This document shows positions 42,522 to 53,350 of a stretch of 64,000 nucleotides of DNA, one piece after another. The position numbers and the translations under genes were made by a program. Numbering within the stretch: position 1 is the stretch's first letter; every line of letters begins with the position of its first letter. Below the pieces are notes generated by a model. That model worked only from the letters and a program-made list of their open reading frames with translations, did not search any database and was not told where the DNA came from. The DNA comes from an uncultured bacterium (GTDB taxonomy: Bacteria > Auribacterota > Erginobacteria > Erginobacterales > Erginobacteraceae), in the NCBI GenBank assembly GCA_963822585.1, contig CAWGIE010000035.1:64001-128000 (forward strand), read 5' to 3'.

Positions 42522-43289
42522 ATGAGGCGATTTTTTCTTGCTCCCGGTTCCGTCCAGGGGCGGCGGATGATTTTTTCCGGCAAGGACGCCCGCTATATCT
42601 GTAAGGTGCTGCGTTTGCAGCGGGGAGCGGAGATCGTCGGGTTTGACGGTTCCGGCACGGAGCACATCGGGACCATCGCCGTTCTCTCTACGCGGAGGGT
42701 GGAAGCGATTATCACCGCGAGCACGGTAACGAAGTCCGCGGTTTCCCCGTTTCGCCTGGTATTAGCTCAAGCGCTGCTGAAAGGCGGGAATCTGGACGGG
42801 GTTATTCGTCAGGCCACCGAGATCGGCATCTCTGATTTTTTCCCTCTGGCGACGCGCTACACGATTCCCCGGGTGAGAAAGGCAGGGGAGAAACGCCTGG
42901 AAAGGTGGACCAAGATCGCCGTTGACGCGGCCCGTCAGAGCGGCCGGAAGGTGAACCCGGTCATCCACCCGGTTCGCGGTTGGGGCGAACTTCTTTCCCT
43001 GGTTCCGGAATTCGATCTCTGTCTCCTGCCCTGGGAGAAGGAGAGAACCCGGACCCTGAAGGACGCGCTGATCGGGCATAAAGGGAAAAAGATGCCGGCG
43101 AGTATCCTGATCGCCATCGGGCCGGAAGGTGGATTCAGCGACGACGAGGCCGGGGAAGCCGCGATCGCCGGTTTCCGGACAGTGAGCCTGGGGGGAAACA
43201 TACTGCGCGGCGCCACCGCCGGTGTGGTCGCCGTTGCCTGCGTGCAGTATGAACTCGGGTATGAAGGACAAGTAAGCAGTGATCAGTAA
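42522..43289 (+). CDS. rsmE: 16S rRNA m3U1498 methyltransferase
   Basis: KVLRL, ATEIG, AARQSGR, IGPEGGFS, SLGGNILR. Confidence 0.9.
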   Translation: MRRFFLAPGSVQGRRMIFSGKDARYICKVLRLQRGAEIVGFDGSGTEHIGTIAVLSTRRVEAIITASTVTKSAVSPFRLVLAQALLKGGNLDGVIRQATEIGISDFFPLATRYTIPRVRKAGEKRLERWTKIAVDAARQSGRKVNPVIHPVRGWGELLSLVPEFDLCLLPWEKERTRTLKDALIGHKGKKMPASILIAIGPEGGFSDDEAGEAAIAGFRTVSLGGNILRGATAGVVAVACVQYELGYEGQVSSDQ

Positions 43290-43400
43290 TCAGTAATCAG
43301 TGTGGCGCCGTGCCGGGCGGTGCGGATTATCGATGAAGGTGGTGAAGATTGATATTGGCTTTGAACTACTCACTGATTACCGATTACTGATTACCGATTG
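43270..43400. repeat. Inverted 7-bp tandem array (CAGTAAT-type)
   Basis: CAGTGATCAGTAATCAGTAATCAGT ... ACTGATTACCGATTACTGATTACCGATT; sibling at 53254-53328. Confidence 0.75.
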
Positions 43401-43454
43401 CCGGTCTCGATACTTGATCACCGATTTTTCAACCACCCTATCCCCCTGTACATA

Positions 43455-44699
43455 ATGATCGAATCCGACCCCACATTCGCCATCTCCACCTTCGGCTGCA
43501 AGGTGAACCAGTATGAGAGCCAGGTAATCAGGGAGGCTCTGCAGGAGGCGGGATACCGGGAAGACACCTCTTCTCCGGCCCTGATTGTCGTCAATTCCTG
43601 TGCCGTGACCGCCCGGGCCGAGACGAAGACGCGCAAGTGCATCAGGCGCTGGCTGCAACAGGCGCCGCGAGCCCGTCTGGTGCTCACCGGCTGCGGTCTG
43701 ACCTATTCCGAAAGACAGGACCGGAGTCTGTGGGATATCGTCCCCCCGGACCGGCGGGGAGAACTTCCCGCGTCTCTCCCCAGCCCCGCCCTCCAGGGGA
43801 TCAGTTTTTCGGCTGATCACCACCGTGCCTTCGTCAAGGTACAGGACGGATGCGACGCTTTCTGCTCCTACTGTCTCATTCCTTTTCTTCGCGGCCGTCC
43901 GGTCAGCCGTTCCCCGGAGAAGGCCCTCCGGGAAACAGCGGCTCTGGTCAGTCGCGGCTACCGGGAGATTGTTCTGACCGGAATCAATCTGGGCACCTAT
44001 TCCGGAAAGGAATCCGGGCGCCGCCTCGATCTGGCCGGATTGGTAGAGCTGCTCCTGCACCTGGAGGGATCGTTTCGAATCCGGCTCAGCTCAATCGAGC
44101 CAAAGGCGATTACCGCCCGTCTTTCCCGGCTCATCGTCCAAAAGACAGGGCTCTGTCCCCACCTGCACATCCCTCTCCAGAGCGGCTCCGATAAAGTTCT
44201 CCGGTTGATGAACAGAAACTATACCTTCCGGGAGTACGCCGAAATTATCCATTCCCTGCGCGAGGGCTGCCCGGAGATTTCCCTCTCCACCGACTGCATG
44301 GTCGGTTTCCCCGGTGAAAGCGAGGAAGATTTCCTGAAAACCTGCCGGGCGATCCGTGAAATCGGTTTCAGCAGGGTGCATATTTTTCCCTATAGCCCGC
44401 GTCCCGGCACCCGTGCTGCCGGCAACTCTCCGCCGGCGCCCCCTACGGTGAGCCGCCGGGCCGGGATCATCGAAGAAATAGCGGAGGAAACAGCCCGACG
44501 GTACCGGGAGGGGTTCAGGGGGCGCCTCGTTGAAGTCCTGCTGGAAAAAAGAGGGCGTGACGGCGTCGCTCACGGCTTCGACCAACATTATCTCCGGGTG
44601 GCCGTTTCCGGGACGCCTCTCCCCCCCGGTGCGCTTTGCCGGGTGAGAATAACCGGTCTGGACGAAGACGGCCTTCGGGGAGTCCTGGAAAAGGAATAG
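43455..44699 (+). CDS. mtaB: tRNA t6A37 methylthiotransferase (MtaB-like radical SAM)
   Basis: TFGCKVNQYES, NSCAVT, VKVQDGCDAFCSYC, RIRLSSIEP, HLHIPLQSGSD, HIFPYSPRPGT. Confidence 0.9.
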   Translation: MIESDPTFAISTFGCKVNQYESQVIREALQEAGYREDTSSPALIVVNSCAVTARAETKTRKCIRRWLQQAPRARLVLTGCGLTYSERQDRSLWDIVPPDRRGELPASLPSPALQGISFSADHHRAFVKVQDGCDAFCSYCLIPFLRGRPVSRSPEKALRETAALVSRGYREIVLTGINLGTYSGKESGRRLDLAGLVELLLHLEGSFRIRLSSIEPKAITARLSRLIVQKTGLCPHLHIPLQSGSDKVLRLMNRNYTFREYAEIIHSLREGCPEISLSTDCMVGFPGESEEDFLKTCRAIREIGFSRVHIFPYSPRPGTRAAGNSPPAPPTVSRRAGIIEEIAEETARRYREGFRGRLVEVLLEKRGRDGVAHGFDQHYLRVAVSGTPLPPGALCRVRITGLDEDGLRGVLEKE

Positions 44700-45096
44700 A
44701 TGAATTTAACAATTATTAGCCACCAAGACACCAAGTCACCAAGAAAAGAGGCCACGGGGGATGCCCATCTTATATAGGCTTCCTTCATGTCTTGATGGCT
44801 TAGTGGCAAGAAGTTGCGCGAAGCGTTAACTTGACATCCCGGAAATGATATGTTAAAGGAGAACACTGATCTAACCCCCGGACTTTATCAAAAAAAAGTT
44901 ACGCCAAGACGCTGCGTTCCTACTGCGGAATTTCCCCGATATACATTCGGGGTGCGTTTCCGGCGCACAATATATTTTTTAGCCGCCACGGCAGCCAAAA
45001 AAGAGAAAAAAGGACAAAGTATTCACCTGATTTGGTTTTTTCTTGGTGTCTTAGTGGCTTAGTGGCTAAAAATCATGCCAAAGGTGCTGAAGTTCC

Positions 45097-46869
45097 ATGT
45101 CCCCACTCTATCCTCAAGAACAGATCGATCTCATTAACTCCTATAATGATATCGTGGAGGTGGTTTCCCAGTATCTTCCTCTCAAAAGGAGCGGCCGGAA
45201 TTTCAAGGCTCTCTGCCCTTTCCATTCGGAGAAGACCCCCTCTTTTACCGTCAGCTCCGAGAAGCAGATTTTTCACTGTTTCGGCTGCGGCGCCGGGGGG
45301 AATGTGTTCTCCTTCGTCATGCGCAAGGAGAACATGACTTTCCCGGAAGCCGTCCGTTTTCTTGCCCGACGGGCGAATATCGAACTTCCGGAACACGATT
45401 CCCGCACCGCTTCCCGTAAGGAACTGCTTCTCAAGCTGCATGAACTGGCGGCCGGGTTCTATCACTGGGGCCTGACCGGTTCCAAAAACGGCGCTCTCGC
45501 CCGGGCCTACCTCAAGGACCGCGACATCAGAAAAGACATGATCAGCACCTTCCGGCTGGGGTACGCGCAGCCCTCCTGGGAAAGTTTTTACAATCATGCC
45601 CGGAAGAAAGGATATGACCCGGAAACGCTTTTGGAAGCGGGGCTGATCCTCAAGCGTCCGAAGGGGGGCGGTTATTATGACCGTTTTCGCAATCGCCTGA
45701 TTGTTCCCGTCCGCGACGTGCAGGGAGCTGTGATCGCTTTCGGAGGCCGTGTTCTGGATAATTCCCAGCCCAAATATATTAATTCCCCCGACACGCCGCT
45801 GTTCCGGAAAGGCAGTGTTCTTTTCGGTCTGCATCTGGCCCGGGAGGCCATCAGGAAAAGGGGAGAGGCGATTCTGGGAGAAGGGTATTTTGACGTTATC
45901 CGGGCCCATCAGAAGAAAATTGAGAACATGATCTGTTCCCAGGGAACCGCCTTCACGGACATCCAGGCGCAAGTCCTGCGGCGATATACGGACAAGGTGG
46001 TGGTTGCCTATGATGCCGACCAGGCGGGAACGGAAGCCGCGCTCAGGGGATTGGCAGTCTTTCTCCAGAAAAATTTCGAGGTCAGGGTGGTTATCCTTCC
46101 TCCCGGAGAGGATCCCGACAGCTATATCCGGAAAGCTCCGGCCGGGTCGTTCGAAAAATTGGTAGCGGAAAGCGCTCCTCTCCTGGACTTTAAACTTTCC
46201 CGACTTTGCCGGGTCCATGATATTAACACCGACCGCGGCCGGCTGGCGGTCTCCCGGGAGATGCTCGATACCATTGCCCTGATCGAGAGCGCGGTACTCA
46301 GAGAGACCTACGCGAAGAAACTGGCCGAGCGTCTGGGTATCTCCCCGGCCGCGGTCTGGGAGGAGTATGGGAAGCTCAAGTCTCCGCATCCGCCGCCGCC
46401 TTCCCGTCCGGCTCCGCCGCGGAAGGTTGATAAATATGAAGAGCGTCTCTTGAAATATCTCATGGAGAATGATACATTACTTTGCTGCATTAAGGATGAG
46501 CTGGATCCGGCCGCTTTCTCTCCTCCGCTTCAGCCCATAGTAGCGCTGATGCTTAAACTGCTCGGGGAAGGGAAGCCCCCTCTCTCCAGAAAACTTGTTT
46601 CCGCCCTCCGGGACAGGGAAGCTCAAGAGATGGTTTCGCGCTGGCTGCTTGAGTCGTCGGCCGCGGGGCCGGGAATATCTGAAGCAGCCGAACTGCTTAT
46701 TAATGTTCAGAAGAAACGGATTCGAGCGGCGATCGCCGGATGCCGTCGCGCCCTCGCTTCCCGGGATGGGACGGAAGAATCAAAGACCGCCCTTCTCCGT
46801 GAGAGCACGAAATTATTGAGAGATTTGAAAGAATTACCTTCCCGGATCCGGGAAAAGATTGGTTTATGA
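45097..46869 (+). CDS. dnaG: DNA primase
   Basis: [11 protein letters not shown]...[42 protein letters not shown]. Confidence 0.97.
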   Translation: MSPLYPQEQIDLINSYNDIVEVVSQYLPLKRSGRNFKALCPFHSEKTPSFTVSSEKQIFHCFGCGAGGNVFSFVMRKENMTFPEAVRFLARRANIELPEHDSRTASRKELLLKLHELAAGFYHWGLTGSKNGALARAYLKDRDIRKDMISTFRLGYAQPSWESFYNHARKKGYDPETLLEAGLILKRPKGGGYYDRFRNRLIVPVRDVQGAVIAFGGRVLDNSQPKYINSPDTPLFRKGSVLFGLHLAREAIRKRGEAILGEGYFDVIRAHQKKIENMICSQGTAFTDIQAQVLRRYTDKVVVAYDADQAGTEAALRGLAVFLQKNFEVRVVILPPGEDPDSYIRKAPAGSFEKLVAESAPLLDFKLSRLCRVHDINTDRGRLAVSREMLDTIALIESAVLRETYAKKLAERLGISPAAVWEEYGKLKSPHPPPPSRPAPPRKVDKYEERLLKYLMENDTLLCCIKDELDPAAFSPPLQPIVALMLKLLGEGKPPLSRKLVSALRDREAQEMVSRWLLESSAAGPGISEAAELLINVQKKRIRAAIAGCRRALASRDGTEESKTALLRESTKLLRDLKELPSRIREKIGL

Positions 46870-48530
46870 AAACATCCGATAAAGATAGAAGAATTAAAAA
46901 GTTGATTGAGCTTGGTTCGGAGAAAGGCTTCCTGACCCCGATTGATCTGGCCCAGCAGCTCCCGGAAGAACTGATCAATCCCGAGGAATTGGAATCGATC
47001 AAGATACTTCTCCAGGGACTGGGGGTCGAGATTCTGGAGATCCCCGAAGCGGCGACGCCGGAGAACGTGCCCGCGGAGGAACAGATTAAGGCCCAGCCGT
47101 CCCGGGCATATGAAATCCTGGATGATCCGGTCCGGATGTATCTTCGGCAGATGGGGCAAGTCCCTCTTCTCACCAGGGAACAGGAGGTGGAGATCTCCAA
47201 AAGGATAGAGAGAGCCGAAAAACGGGTCTATAATTTGAGCCTCCAATTCGGGATTGTCCCCCGGGAAATGATTTCCATCAGCAAGCGCCTTCTCAACGGC
47301 AAGGAACGGTTTGATCGGGTAGTGGTCGAACGTAAGGGCCGCCGCCGGGAGCGGTACTTGAACGATCTGCCCAACCGCCTCAAGGAAATCGACAAGCTGG
47401 CGGCCCGGATCAGAGACAAGGCCCTGGCGGTACGCGGCAACCGTTACCACGAGCAGCGGAAGAAGAAGCACCGGGAAGACCTCGGCGAGTTGCGGCGTGA
47501 AATGATCAGGGAGTTGAAGAAATTTCGCTTCAAGCAGGCGGTGGTGGAAGATTTTTATCCCCTGCTTCACCGGCTGAACGCCAAAGTCGTCGAGATCCAG
47601 GATGGTCTGGAACCCCTGTTGACCAAGTCCAGGAAGTCGCAGCAGATCCGGAACCGGATCAAAAACGAGCGGAGAAAATTACGGCGCCTGGAGACAAACC
47701 TGGAGATGGGCGTTGATGAGTTCCAGGAATGTTTTAATGATTTGACCGATGCCCTCTCCGAGGTCCGCCGGGCGAAGGGAGAGATGGTGGAGGCAAACCT
47801 GCGTTTGGTCATCAGCATCGCCAAAAAATATACCAACCGGGGGTTGTCTTTCCTGGACCTTATCCAGGAGGGGAATATGGGGTTGATGAAGGCGGTCGAT
47901 AAATTTGAGTACCGCCGGGGTTTCAAGTTTTCCACCTATGCCACCTGGTGGATTCGGCAGGCGATCACCCGGGCCATCGCCGATCAGGCCCGGACGATCA
48001 GGATCCCGGTCCACATGATCGAGACCATCAACAAACTGATGCGGGTGACGAAGAAACTGCTGCAGGAACGGGGCAAGGAACCGTCAGCGGAGGAACTGGC
48101 CGATGAGATGGATATACCGATCGATAAGATCCGGGATATCATCAAGATAGCGCAACATCCCATCTCGCTGCAGGCCCCGATCGGGGACAAGGATGAGAGT
48201 CAATTCGGCGATTTTATAGAGGACCGGGGGGCGGAATCCCCGGCCACCGCCACCAGTTATTCTCTTCTCAAGGAGCAGATGAAGACGGTGCTTCACACTC
48301 TCACCAAGAGGGAAGCCAAGGTATTGACCCTCCGGTTCGGGATCAGCGACGGCTCCCCCCGCACCCTGGAGGAAGTGGGGAAGATATTTAACGTCACCCG
48401 GGAGCGGGTCCGCCAGATCGAGGCCAAGGCCCTGAGAAAGATGCGCCATCCGACCCGGAGCCGGAAACTGCAGGGTTTTCTTGATCTGGCCGATGATGAC
48501 GGCCGGACCGAGACGATCTGGGATATATAA
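46866..48530 (+). CDS. rpoD: Primary RNA polymerase sigma factor RpoD
   Basis: [76 protein letters not shown]. Confidence 0.98.
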   Translation: MKTSDKDRRIKKLIELGSEKGFLTPIDLAQQLPEELINPEELESIKILLQGLGVEILEIPEAATPENVPAEEQIKAQPSRAYEILDDPVRMYLRQMGQVPLLTREQEVEISKRIERAEKRVYNLSLQFGIVPREMISISKRLLNGKERFDRVVVERKGRRRERYLNDLPNRLKEIDKLAARIRDKALAVRGNRYHEQRKKKHREDLGELRREMIRELKKFRFKQAVVEDFYPLLHRLNAKVVEIQDGLEPLLTKSRKSQQIRNRIKNERRKLRRLETNLEMGVDEFQECFNDLTDALSEVRRAKGEMVEANLRLVISIAKKYTNRGLSFLDLIQEGNMGLMKAVDKFEYRRGFKFSTYATWWIRQAITRAIADQARTIRIPVHMIETINKLMRVTKKLLQERGKEPSAEELADEMDIPIDKIRDIIKIAQHPISLQAPIGDKDESQFGDFIEDRGAESPATATSYSLLKEQMKTVLHTLTKREAKVLTLRFGISDGSPRTLEEVGKIFNVTRERVRQIEAKALRKMRHPTRSRKLQGFLDLADDDGRTETIWDI

Positions 48531-48708
48531 TTTTTCTTCTCTATTTTCCGCTGGAAAATAGAGAAGAAAAATTATAGTTTAAAAACTATATGGTGAACGA
48601 CGTACCCGAGACGTAATGCGGCATAGGGGGAAGATATCGCAGATATTTTCTCCTGAGCCGGCACACTAGTGCCGGCTCAGGTATGCCTTTTTTGCCGAAG
48701 GCAAAAAA

Positions 48709-48833
48709 GGGCCCGTAGCTCAGTCGGTTAGAGCACCGGACTCACACCCGCAAAATACATGTTCTTGGAACATGTATCGCGGGGTGCCCCGAGGTAACCC
48801 GATGAAATCGGGTTACTTTTCGGGGCATAATCC
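48709..48833 (+). pseudogene. 5' half of tRNA-Ile2 interrupted at the anticodon by a palindromic insert
   Basis: 48709-48744 is identical to the first 36 nt of the tRNA at 48859; two hairpins at 48745-48825; then CATAATCC resumes. Confidence 0.75.
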
Positions 48834-48858
48834 TTGTTATAATATTTATCAACATTAA

Positions 48859-48932
48859 GGGCCCGTAGCTCAGTCGGTTAGAGCACCGGACTCATAATCC
48901 GATGGTCGTAGGTTCGAGTCCTACCGGGCCCA
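48859..48932 (+). tRNA. tRNA with CAT anticodon, most likely tRNA-Ile2 (lysidine)
   Basis: GGGCCCGTAGCTCAGTCGGTTAGAGCACCGGACTCATAATCCGATGGTCGTAGGTTCGAGTCCTACCGGGCCCA. The paired G1-C72 argues against an initiator tRNA. It lies downstream of dnaG-rpoD, as E. coli ileX does. Confidence 0.9.
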
Positions 48933-49040
48933 CTATTACCGTGCAATCAAGTCGAAGAGTCTGGTTAAAAGGTAGTATGGATGCCTTGAGAATGCGGTAG
49001 GACGAGAACCTGGTGAGCTTGTGCTGAGCGAAGCGAAGTA

Positions 49041-49056
49041 AGTCCTACCGGGCCCA
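49041..49056 (+). repeat. Direct repeat of the last 16 nt of tRNA-Ile2 (att-like)
   Basis: AGTCCTACCGGGCCCA is identical to 48917-48932. Confidence 0.8.
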
Positions 49057-49081
49057 TTTTAACCGAGGAGAAACCCCGGCA

Positions 49082-49465
49082 ATGAAAGCATTCTACTGGC
49101 TCATCATCATCATGGACATCACCCTGCTGGTTCTGCTCTGGCTCTATATCTATGATCTTTATATCCAGGACCGGTTCGATCTGACTGATTATCCCTCCCA
49201 TATTTTTCAGTCCGATCAGGCCGTCCCCATTCTCGGTCTGGGGGTCCTGCTCAACACCGGCGCCATCATTTATTTGATTTTCAACGCCCGCCGCCGAAGA
49301 GAGGAAGATCGGAAAAGAATCGTCTCGGCAAATCCCCGTTATCTGGAAAATGTGGCCGACCAGGATGAGATCAGGGAACTGGAGGATGAACTCGAAAATA
49401 TTGTCGAACGGCTGGAAGAGTTAAGGCAGCTGCACGGAGTGAAAAAAGAAAGCGCGGAACCGTAA
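49082..49465 (+). CDS. Hypothetical two-TM protein with coiled-coil tail
   Basis: RBS GAGGAG; two hydrophobic segments, then an E/L-rich helix. Confidence 0.65.
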   Translation: MKAFYWLIIIMDITLLVLLWLYIYDLYIQDRFDLTDYPSHIFQSDQAVPILGLGVLLNTGAIIYLIFNARRRREEDRKRIVSANPRYLENVADQDEIRELEDELENIVERLEELRQLHGVKKESAEP

Positions 49466-49481
49466 GACCAGCTCCCCTTAT

Positions 49482-51509
49482 ATGCGTGCGCGTCGTCATA
49501 GTATTTCAGGCTTCATCCTCCTGATGTCGTCTCTTTTTACCGCCTTTTGCCTTCCCGCCGCCCCGGAAGACCGCACCGCCCTCTACGATCCCCTTCAGTT
49601 GAATCAACCTCCCTGGGCAAAAGCCGCTCAAGAAGGCAACCGGCTCTGGGCGGCCGGCGACGAAGAGGGGGCCGTCGGAGAATGGGCAAAAGCCGTTTCC
49701 CAGGGGTTCAACGATGGTCTGGTTTATTATTATCTGGGCCGCTATTATGCCCGGATGGGGGATTGGGACCCGGCGATCGAATATCTCCGGAAATCCAAAC
49801 CGTGGCTTGAATCCGGGCAGGAAGATCAGGCCATCCTCCTCTCCGCCTATGAGACTCTGGCGATGGCGTACATGCAAAAGCGGGAATATTATGAGTCATT
49901 TATTCATTTCCAGAAAGCCCTGCGCCTTGATCCCGATTCTCCTTCCCTGCATCTCGGGCTTGCCAACCTCTATCTCACGCGGGGAAAGCTGGACGCCGCC
50001 GAGAAAGAAGCGGCTCATGTCCTGACCGTCTCCCCGTCCACCGCTCGCGCCTGCTTGATCATGGCGATGGCGACGGAGCAACGGGGAGAGTATGCCGCCT
50101 CGGCCGATTATTACCGTCGTTACCTCTCCGCGGAGCCGAAACAGTGGGAGGCCCGGCTTTCCCTCGGTTTGCTCCTGAATGCCCGGCTCCATCAGACCGC
50201 CGCCGCCGAGGAAGAGCTGGAGCAGGTGGCTGAAGAGGCGCCGGATGATGCCCGGGCTTCCGCCGCGCTCGGTGAAATTTTTCTCGGGCGGGGAGACCTG
50301 GGCGCCGCCCGGGCGGCAGCCGATCGCGCCCTGAAGATTGATCCTGCCAACTATCAGGCCCTGGTCATACAAGGGCAGGTTTTCCTGCAGGAGGGGGACT
50401 ACACCGCCGCCGAAAAGTTTTTTAAGGACGCCCTGCGGCGTCAGCCGGAAGGGGCCCTGGCCCTGTACGGGATGGGGGTCATTCTTTTTCAGCGAAAGGA
50501 ATATCAGGATGCGGAGAGTCATTTCCGCGCCGCGGTTCGCCAGGCGCCCCAGTTCCGGGAGGCGGCTCTCAACCGGGGGCTGGTTCTGGCTGTGCTGGGA
50601 AGGAAGGAAGAAGCCATCAAGGAGCTGACCGGGGTGGTCGCCGCCAACCCTGATTTCGCCTCGGCCTATCTCGCTCTGGGCCGGGTATATTATTATTCCG
50701 GACAGGCGGATAAAGCCCTCCCTCTTTTTAAAAATGCCCTGGCCCTGGACCGGACTTCCTGGGAACCGTATTACTTCATCGGCAAGTGTCTTCTCGATCA
50801 GGGGAAGGATGACAAAGCCCTGGAATATTTTTTACTGGCCCGCGAGCGGGAGAGCGAAAATCCGCTTCTGCTCACCGATCTGGCCCTGGCCTATGAGAAA
50901 TCCGGGAAGTATGCTTTGGCGGAATCTTCCCTGGAGGAGGCGCTGAAAGGGGACCCGCATTTTCTCCCCGCCCTTCTCAAACTGGCGGTTCTGAAGGCAC
51001 GGAAGGACGACTCCTCGGCCGCGGCCCGGCTTTACCAGCAGGCGCTCATTATAAAACCGGGCGATGTGCAGTGGGGATACCAGGAAGAGGAAAGGGATTT
51101 CCTGGTGCAACTAATATCCGGGGTGGAAGATTATCTGGGATCGGGGATAGATTACCTGAGTCTTTTTTCAGTGATGAAAAACATATCCAAGGACCGGGGG
51201 CTCTTCACCGAGTTGATCCCGGTACTGGAGGAAAAAGTCAGGCAGAATCCGTTTCAGCCCCAGTATCCGCACCTTCTGGGCCTTGCCTACCAGGAAAAAG
51301 GGGATCGGGCGAATGCCGAAAAGTATTTCACCCGCGCCCTCAAAATTGATTCCGACTTTGCCCCGGCCCATCTCAGTCTGGGGCAACTCTATGCCCAGGA
51401 AGGCAGGAACAGCGAAGCCCGGGAGCATCTTAAAGCCGTCCTTTCGCTCGTTCCCGATTCATCGCTTCTCCCCGCCGTCCGGGAGATTATCAAGACCCTG
51501 CCGGAGTAA
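49482..51509 (+). CDS. Exported tetratricopeptide repeat protein
   Basis: Signal-like N-terminus; many TPR units (LG..Y...G....A...F..AL..DP). Confidence 0.85.
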   Translation: MRARRHSISGFILLMSSLFTAFCLPAAPEDRTALYDPLQLNQPPWAKAAQEGNRLWAAGDEEGAVGEWAKAVSQGFNDGLVYYYLGRYYARMGDWDPAIEYLRKSKPWLESGQEDQAILLSAYETLAMAYMQKREYYESFIHFQKALRLDPDSPSLHLGLANLYLTRGKLDAAEKEAAHVLTVSPSTARACLIMAMATEQRGEYAASADYYRRYLSAEPKQWEARLSLGLLLNARLHQTAAAEEELEQVAEEAPDDARASAALGEIFLGRGDLGAARAAADRALKIDPANYQALVIQGQVFLQEGDYTAAEKFFKDALRRQPEGALALYGMGVILFQRKEYQDAESHFRAAVRQAPQFREAALNRGLVLAVLGRKEEAIKELTGVVAANPDFASAYLALGRVYYYSGQADKALPLFKNALALDRTSWEPYYFIGKCLLDQGKDDKALEYFLLARERESENPLLLTDLALAYEKSGKYALAESSLEEALKGDPHFLPALLKLAVLKARKDDSSAAARLYQQALIIKPGDVQWGYQEEERDFLVQLISGVEDYLGSGIDYLSLFSVMKNISKDRGLFTELIPVLEEKVRQNPFQPQYPHLLGLAYQEKGDRANAEKYFTRALKIDSDFAPAHLSLGQLYAQEGRNSEAREHLKAVLSLVPDSSLLPAVREIIKTLPE

Positions 51510-51589
51510 TATCTTATTTTTCCTCCGAAAAAATAAGAGTGGGCAGGCATTCAGACTGTGTCACAATTACCATTTTAAACATTTTTCAA

Positions 51590-51693
51590 TGTCATTGCGA
51601 GCCCCGGAGAGGCGAAGCAATCTCAATCCGTTGGAAGATGACATATTCTATTCATCAATTGAGATCGCTTCGTCGCTACGCCTTGCGATGACA
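51590..51693. repeat. Palindromic repeat element (GTCATTGCGAG...GCAATCTC / GAGATCGC...GCGATGAC)
   Basis: Imperfect terminal inverted repeats around an AT-rich spacer, nested in an outer inverted pair (about 51554-51573 and 51699-51715). Confidence 0.6.
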
Positions 51694-51862
51694 TTTTGAT
51701 GGTTACGACATAGCCTGATTGACGCAACGTTACGAGCGTCATATGAGGTATCGCTGTAGTTTCAATTCAACCATTTTTCTGGTATTTCTTCTTCATCCCC
51801 TTCGTGGTAGGGTGTTCCTTTGAAAAGAATAGAGCGTATAAATAATATAAAGGAGGTAGTGA

Positions 51863-53203
51863 ATGACTAAAGACCTGGTTATCGGCAACGGCGTTGTTAT
51901 CACTCTCGGAAAAGAGAACAGAATCATCAAAGATGGAGCTGTTTTAATCCGGAACGGGATGATTGAAAAGGTGGGAGCGGAAACCGAAATCCGTCCCTCC
52001 GCCCCGGAGGCCGAGTACGTTGACGCCGGCGGCCGGCTGATCATGCCCGGATTTATCAACGCCCACCATCATCTCTACAGCACGTTTGCCCGGGGTCTCG
52101 CCCCCCACGATCCTCCTCCCTACACGTTCGTGGAAATTCTGGAACGGATGTGGTGGCCGCTGGATAAGGCTTTGGGAAAAGAGGATATTTATTACAGCGC
52201 CCTGATTCCGCTCATTGATTGTATAAAAAAAGGTGCCACGACGATCATCGACCATCATGAGAGCCAGGGGTACCAGGCGGGGAGTCTCGAACAGCTGGCC
52301 CGGGCGGCACGGAAGATCGGCATCCGTTCGTCGTTCTGCCTGGGCATTTCCGACCGTTACGGAAAAGGCGCTGAAGGGATCGAGGAGAATGTCCGCTTTC
52401 TGAAAGAGGTGCGGGCGTCGTCGGCCGCCGAGCAGCGGATGGTGACCGGCATGTTCGGACTCCACGCCGCTTTTACCGTCGAGGACGCCACCCTGGAACG
52501 CGCGGTAGCGGAGGCGGACCGCCTGGATGTCGGGTTCCATACCCATGTGGCGGAGGCTGCTTCCGACGAGGAGGCCAGTGTCGCGAAATTCGGCCTTCGG
52601 GTGCTCGAGCGGCTGCAGGAGAAGGGAGCGCTGGGACCAAAGAGCCTGGCCATTCACTGCGTGCACATCAACGAACGGGAGATGGATATCCTCCGGGAAA
52701 CCGGGACCGCCGCGGTGCACAATCCGGAGTCGAACATGAACAACGCGGTCGGTGTCGCTCCGATCCTGGAGATGATGGGAAAAGGGATTGAAGTCGGGCT
52801 GGGAACGGACGCCATGACTTCAAACATGTGCAAGGAAGTGCAGATCGCCAATATCCTCCAGCACCTTTCCAAGATGGACCCCCGGGTCGCGTTTGTGGAG
52901 TCCTGCCAGCTCTTGCTGGAGAATAACCCGCGGATCGCCTCCCGCCTCTTCGGGGTGGAGGTCGGCGCCCTGAAACCCGGGGCGGCGGGCGATGTCATCG
53001 TGGTCGATTATCTTCCGCCCACGCCCATGAGCGAGAGCAACTTTCTGGGCCACTTCCTCTTCGGTATCTGTGAGGTCTCCGTCATTACCACCGTCGTTAA
53101 CGGAAAGGTTCTGATGAAAGACCGGGAACTGATCGGTATCGATGAAGAGAAGATCTGCGCCCGTTCCCGGGAACTGGCCGCCGAGTTCTTGAAGAGGTTT
53201 TAG
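51863..53203 (+). CDS. ssnA: Putative aminohydrolase SsnA (amidohydrolase family)
   Basis: MPGFINAHHHLYSTFARG, WWPLDKAL, TTIIDHH, GLHAAFT, HNPESNMNNAVG, GLGTD. Confidence 0.85.
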   Translation: MTKDLVIGNGVVITLGKENRIIKDGAVLIRNGMIEKVGAETEIRPSAPEAEYVDAGGRLIMPGFINAHHHLYSTFARGLAPHDPPPYTFVEILERMWWPLDKALGKEDIYYSALIPLIDCIKKGATTIIDHHESQGYQAGSLEQLARAARKIGIRSSFCLGISDRYGKGAEGIEENVRFLKEVRASSAAEQRMVTGMFGLHAAFTVEDATLERAVAEADRLDVGFHTHVAEAASDEEASVAKFGLRVLERLQEKGALGPKSLAIHCVHINEREMDILRETGTAAVHNPESNMNNAVGVAPILEMMGKGIEVGLGTDAMTSNMCKEVQIANILQHLSKMDPRVAFVESCQLLLENNPRIASRLFGVEVGALKPGAAGDVIVVDYLPPTPMSESNFLGHFLFGICEVSVITTVVNGKVLMKDRELIGIDEEKICARSRELAAEFLKRF

Positions 53204-53350
53204 GCTGGAAGGTGGCGATAACGTCATGGGGGTTGTGACCCCTCGATTATGTTGAGTAATCAGTAATCGGTAATCAGTAACGTCTGGCCTGGCGAAGCAC
53301 TGATTACTGATCACTGATTACCGATTACCATCTATTCAAGGAGCATATCC

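Noticed and set aside
44850..45062. Small ORF or transposase remnant upstream of dnaG
   Set aside because: No convincing motif, and it overlaps repeat arrays
6087..45066. CRISPR interpretation of the CACGAAG repeats
   Set aside because: The units are 8-9 bp, contiguous and dispersed, with no unique spacers, and no cas genes are present
48745..48825. Group I or archaeal-type tRNA intron in the anticodon
   Set aside because: It is too short for a group I core, and the upstream copy lacks the T-arm and acceptor 3' strand, so splicing would not give a tRNA
51700..51862. Purine riboswitch upstream of ssnA
   Set aside because: The conserved purine-aptamer core sequences are not present
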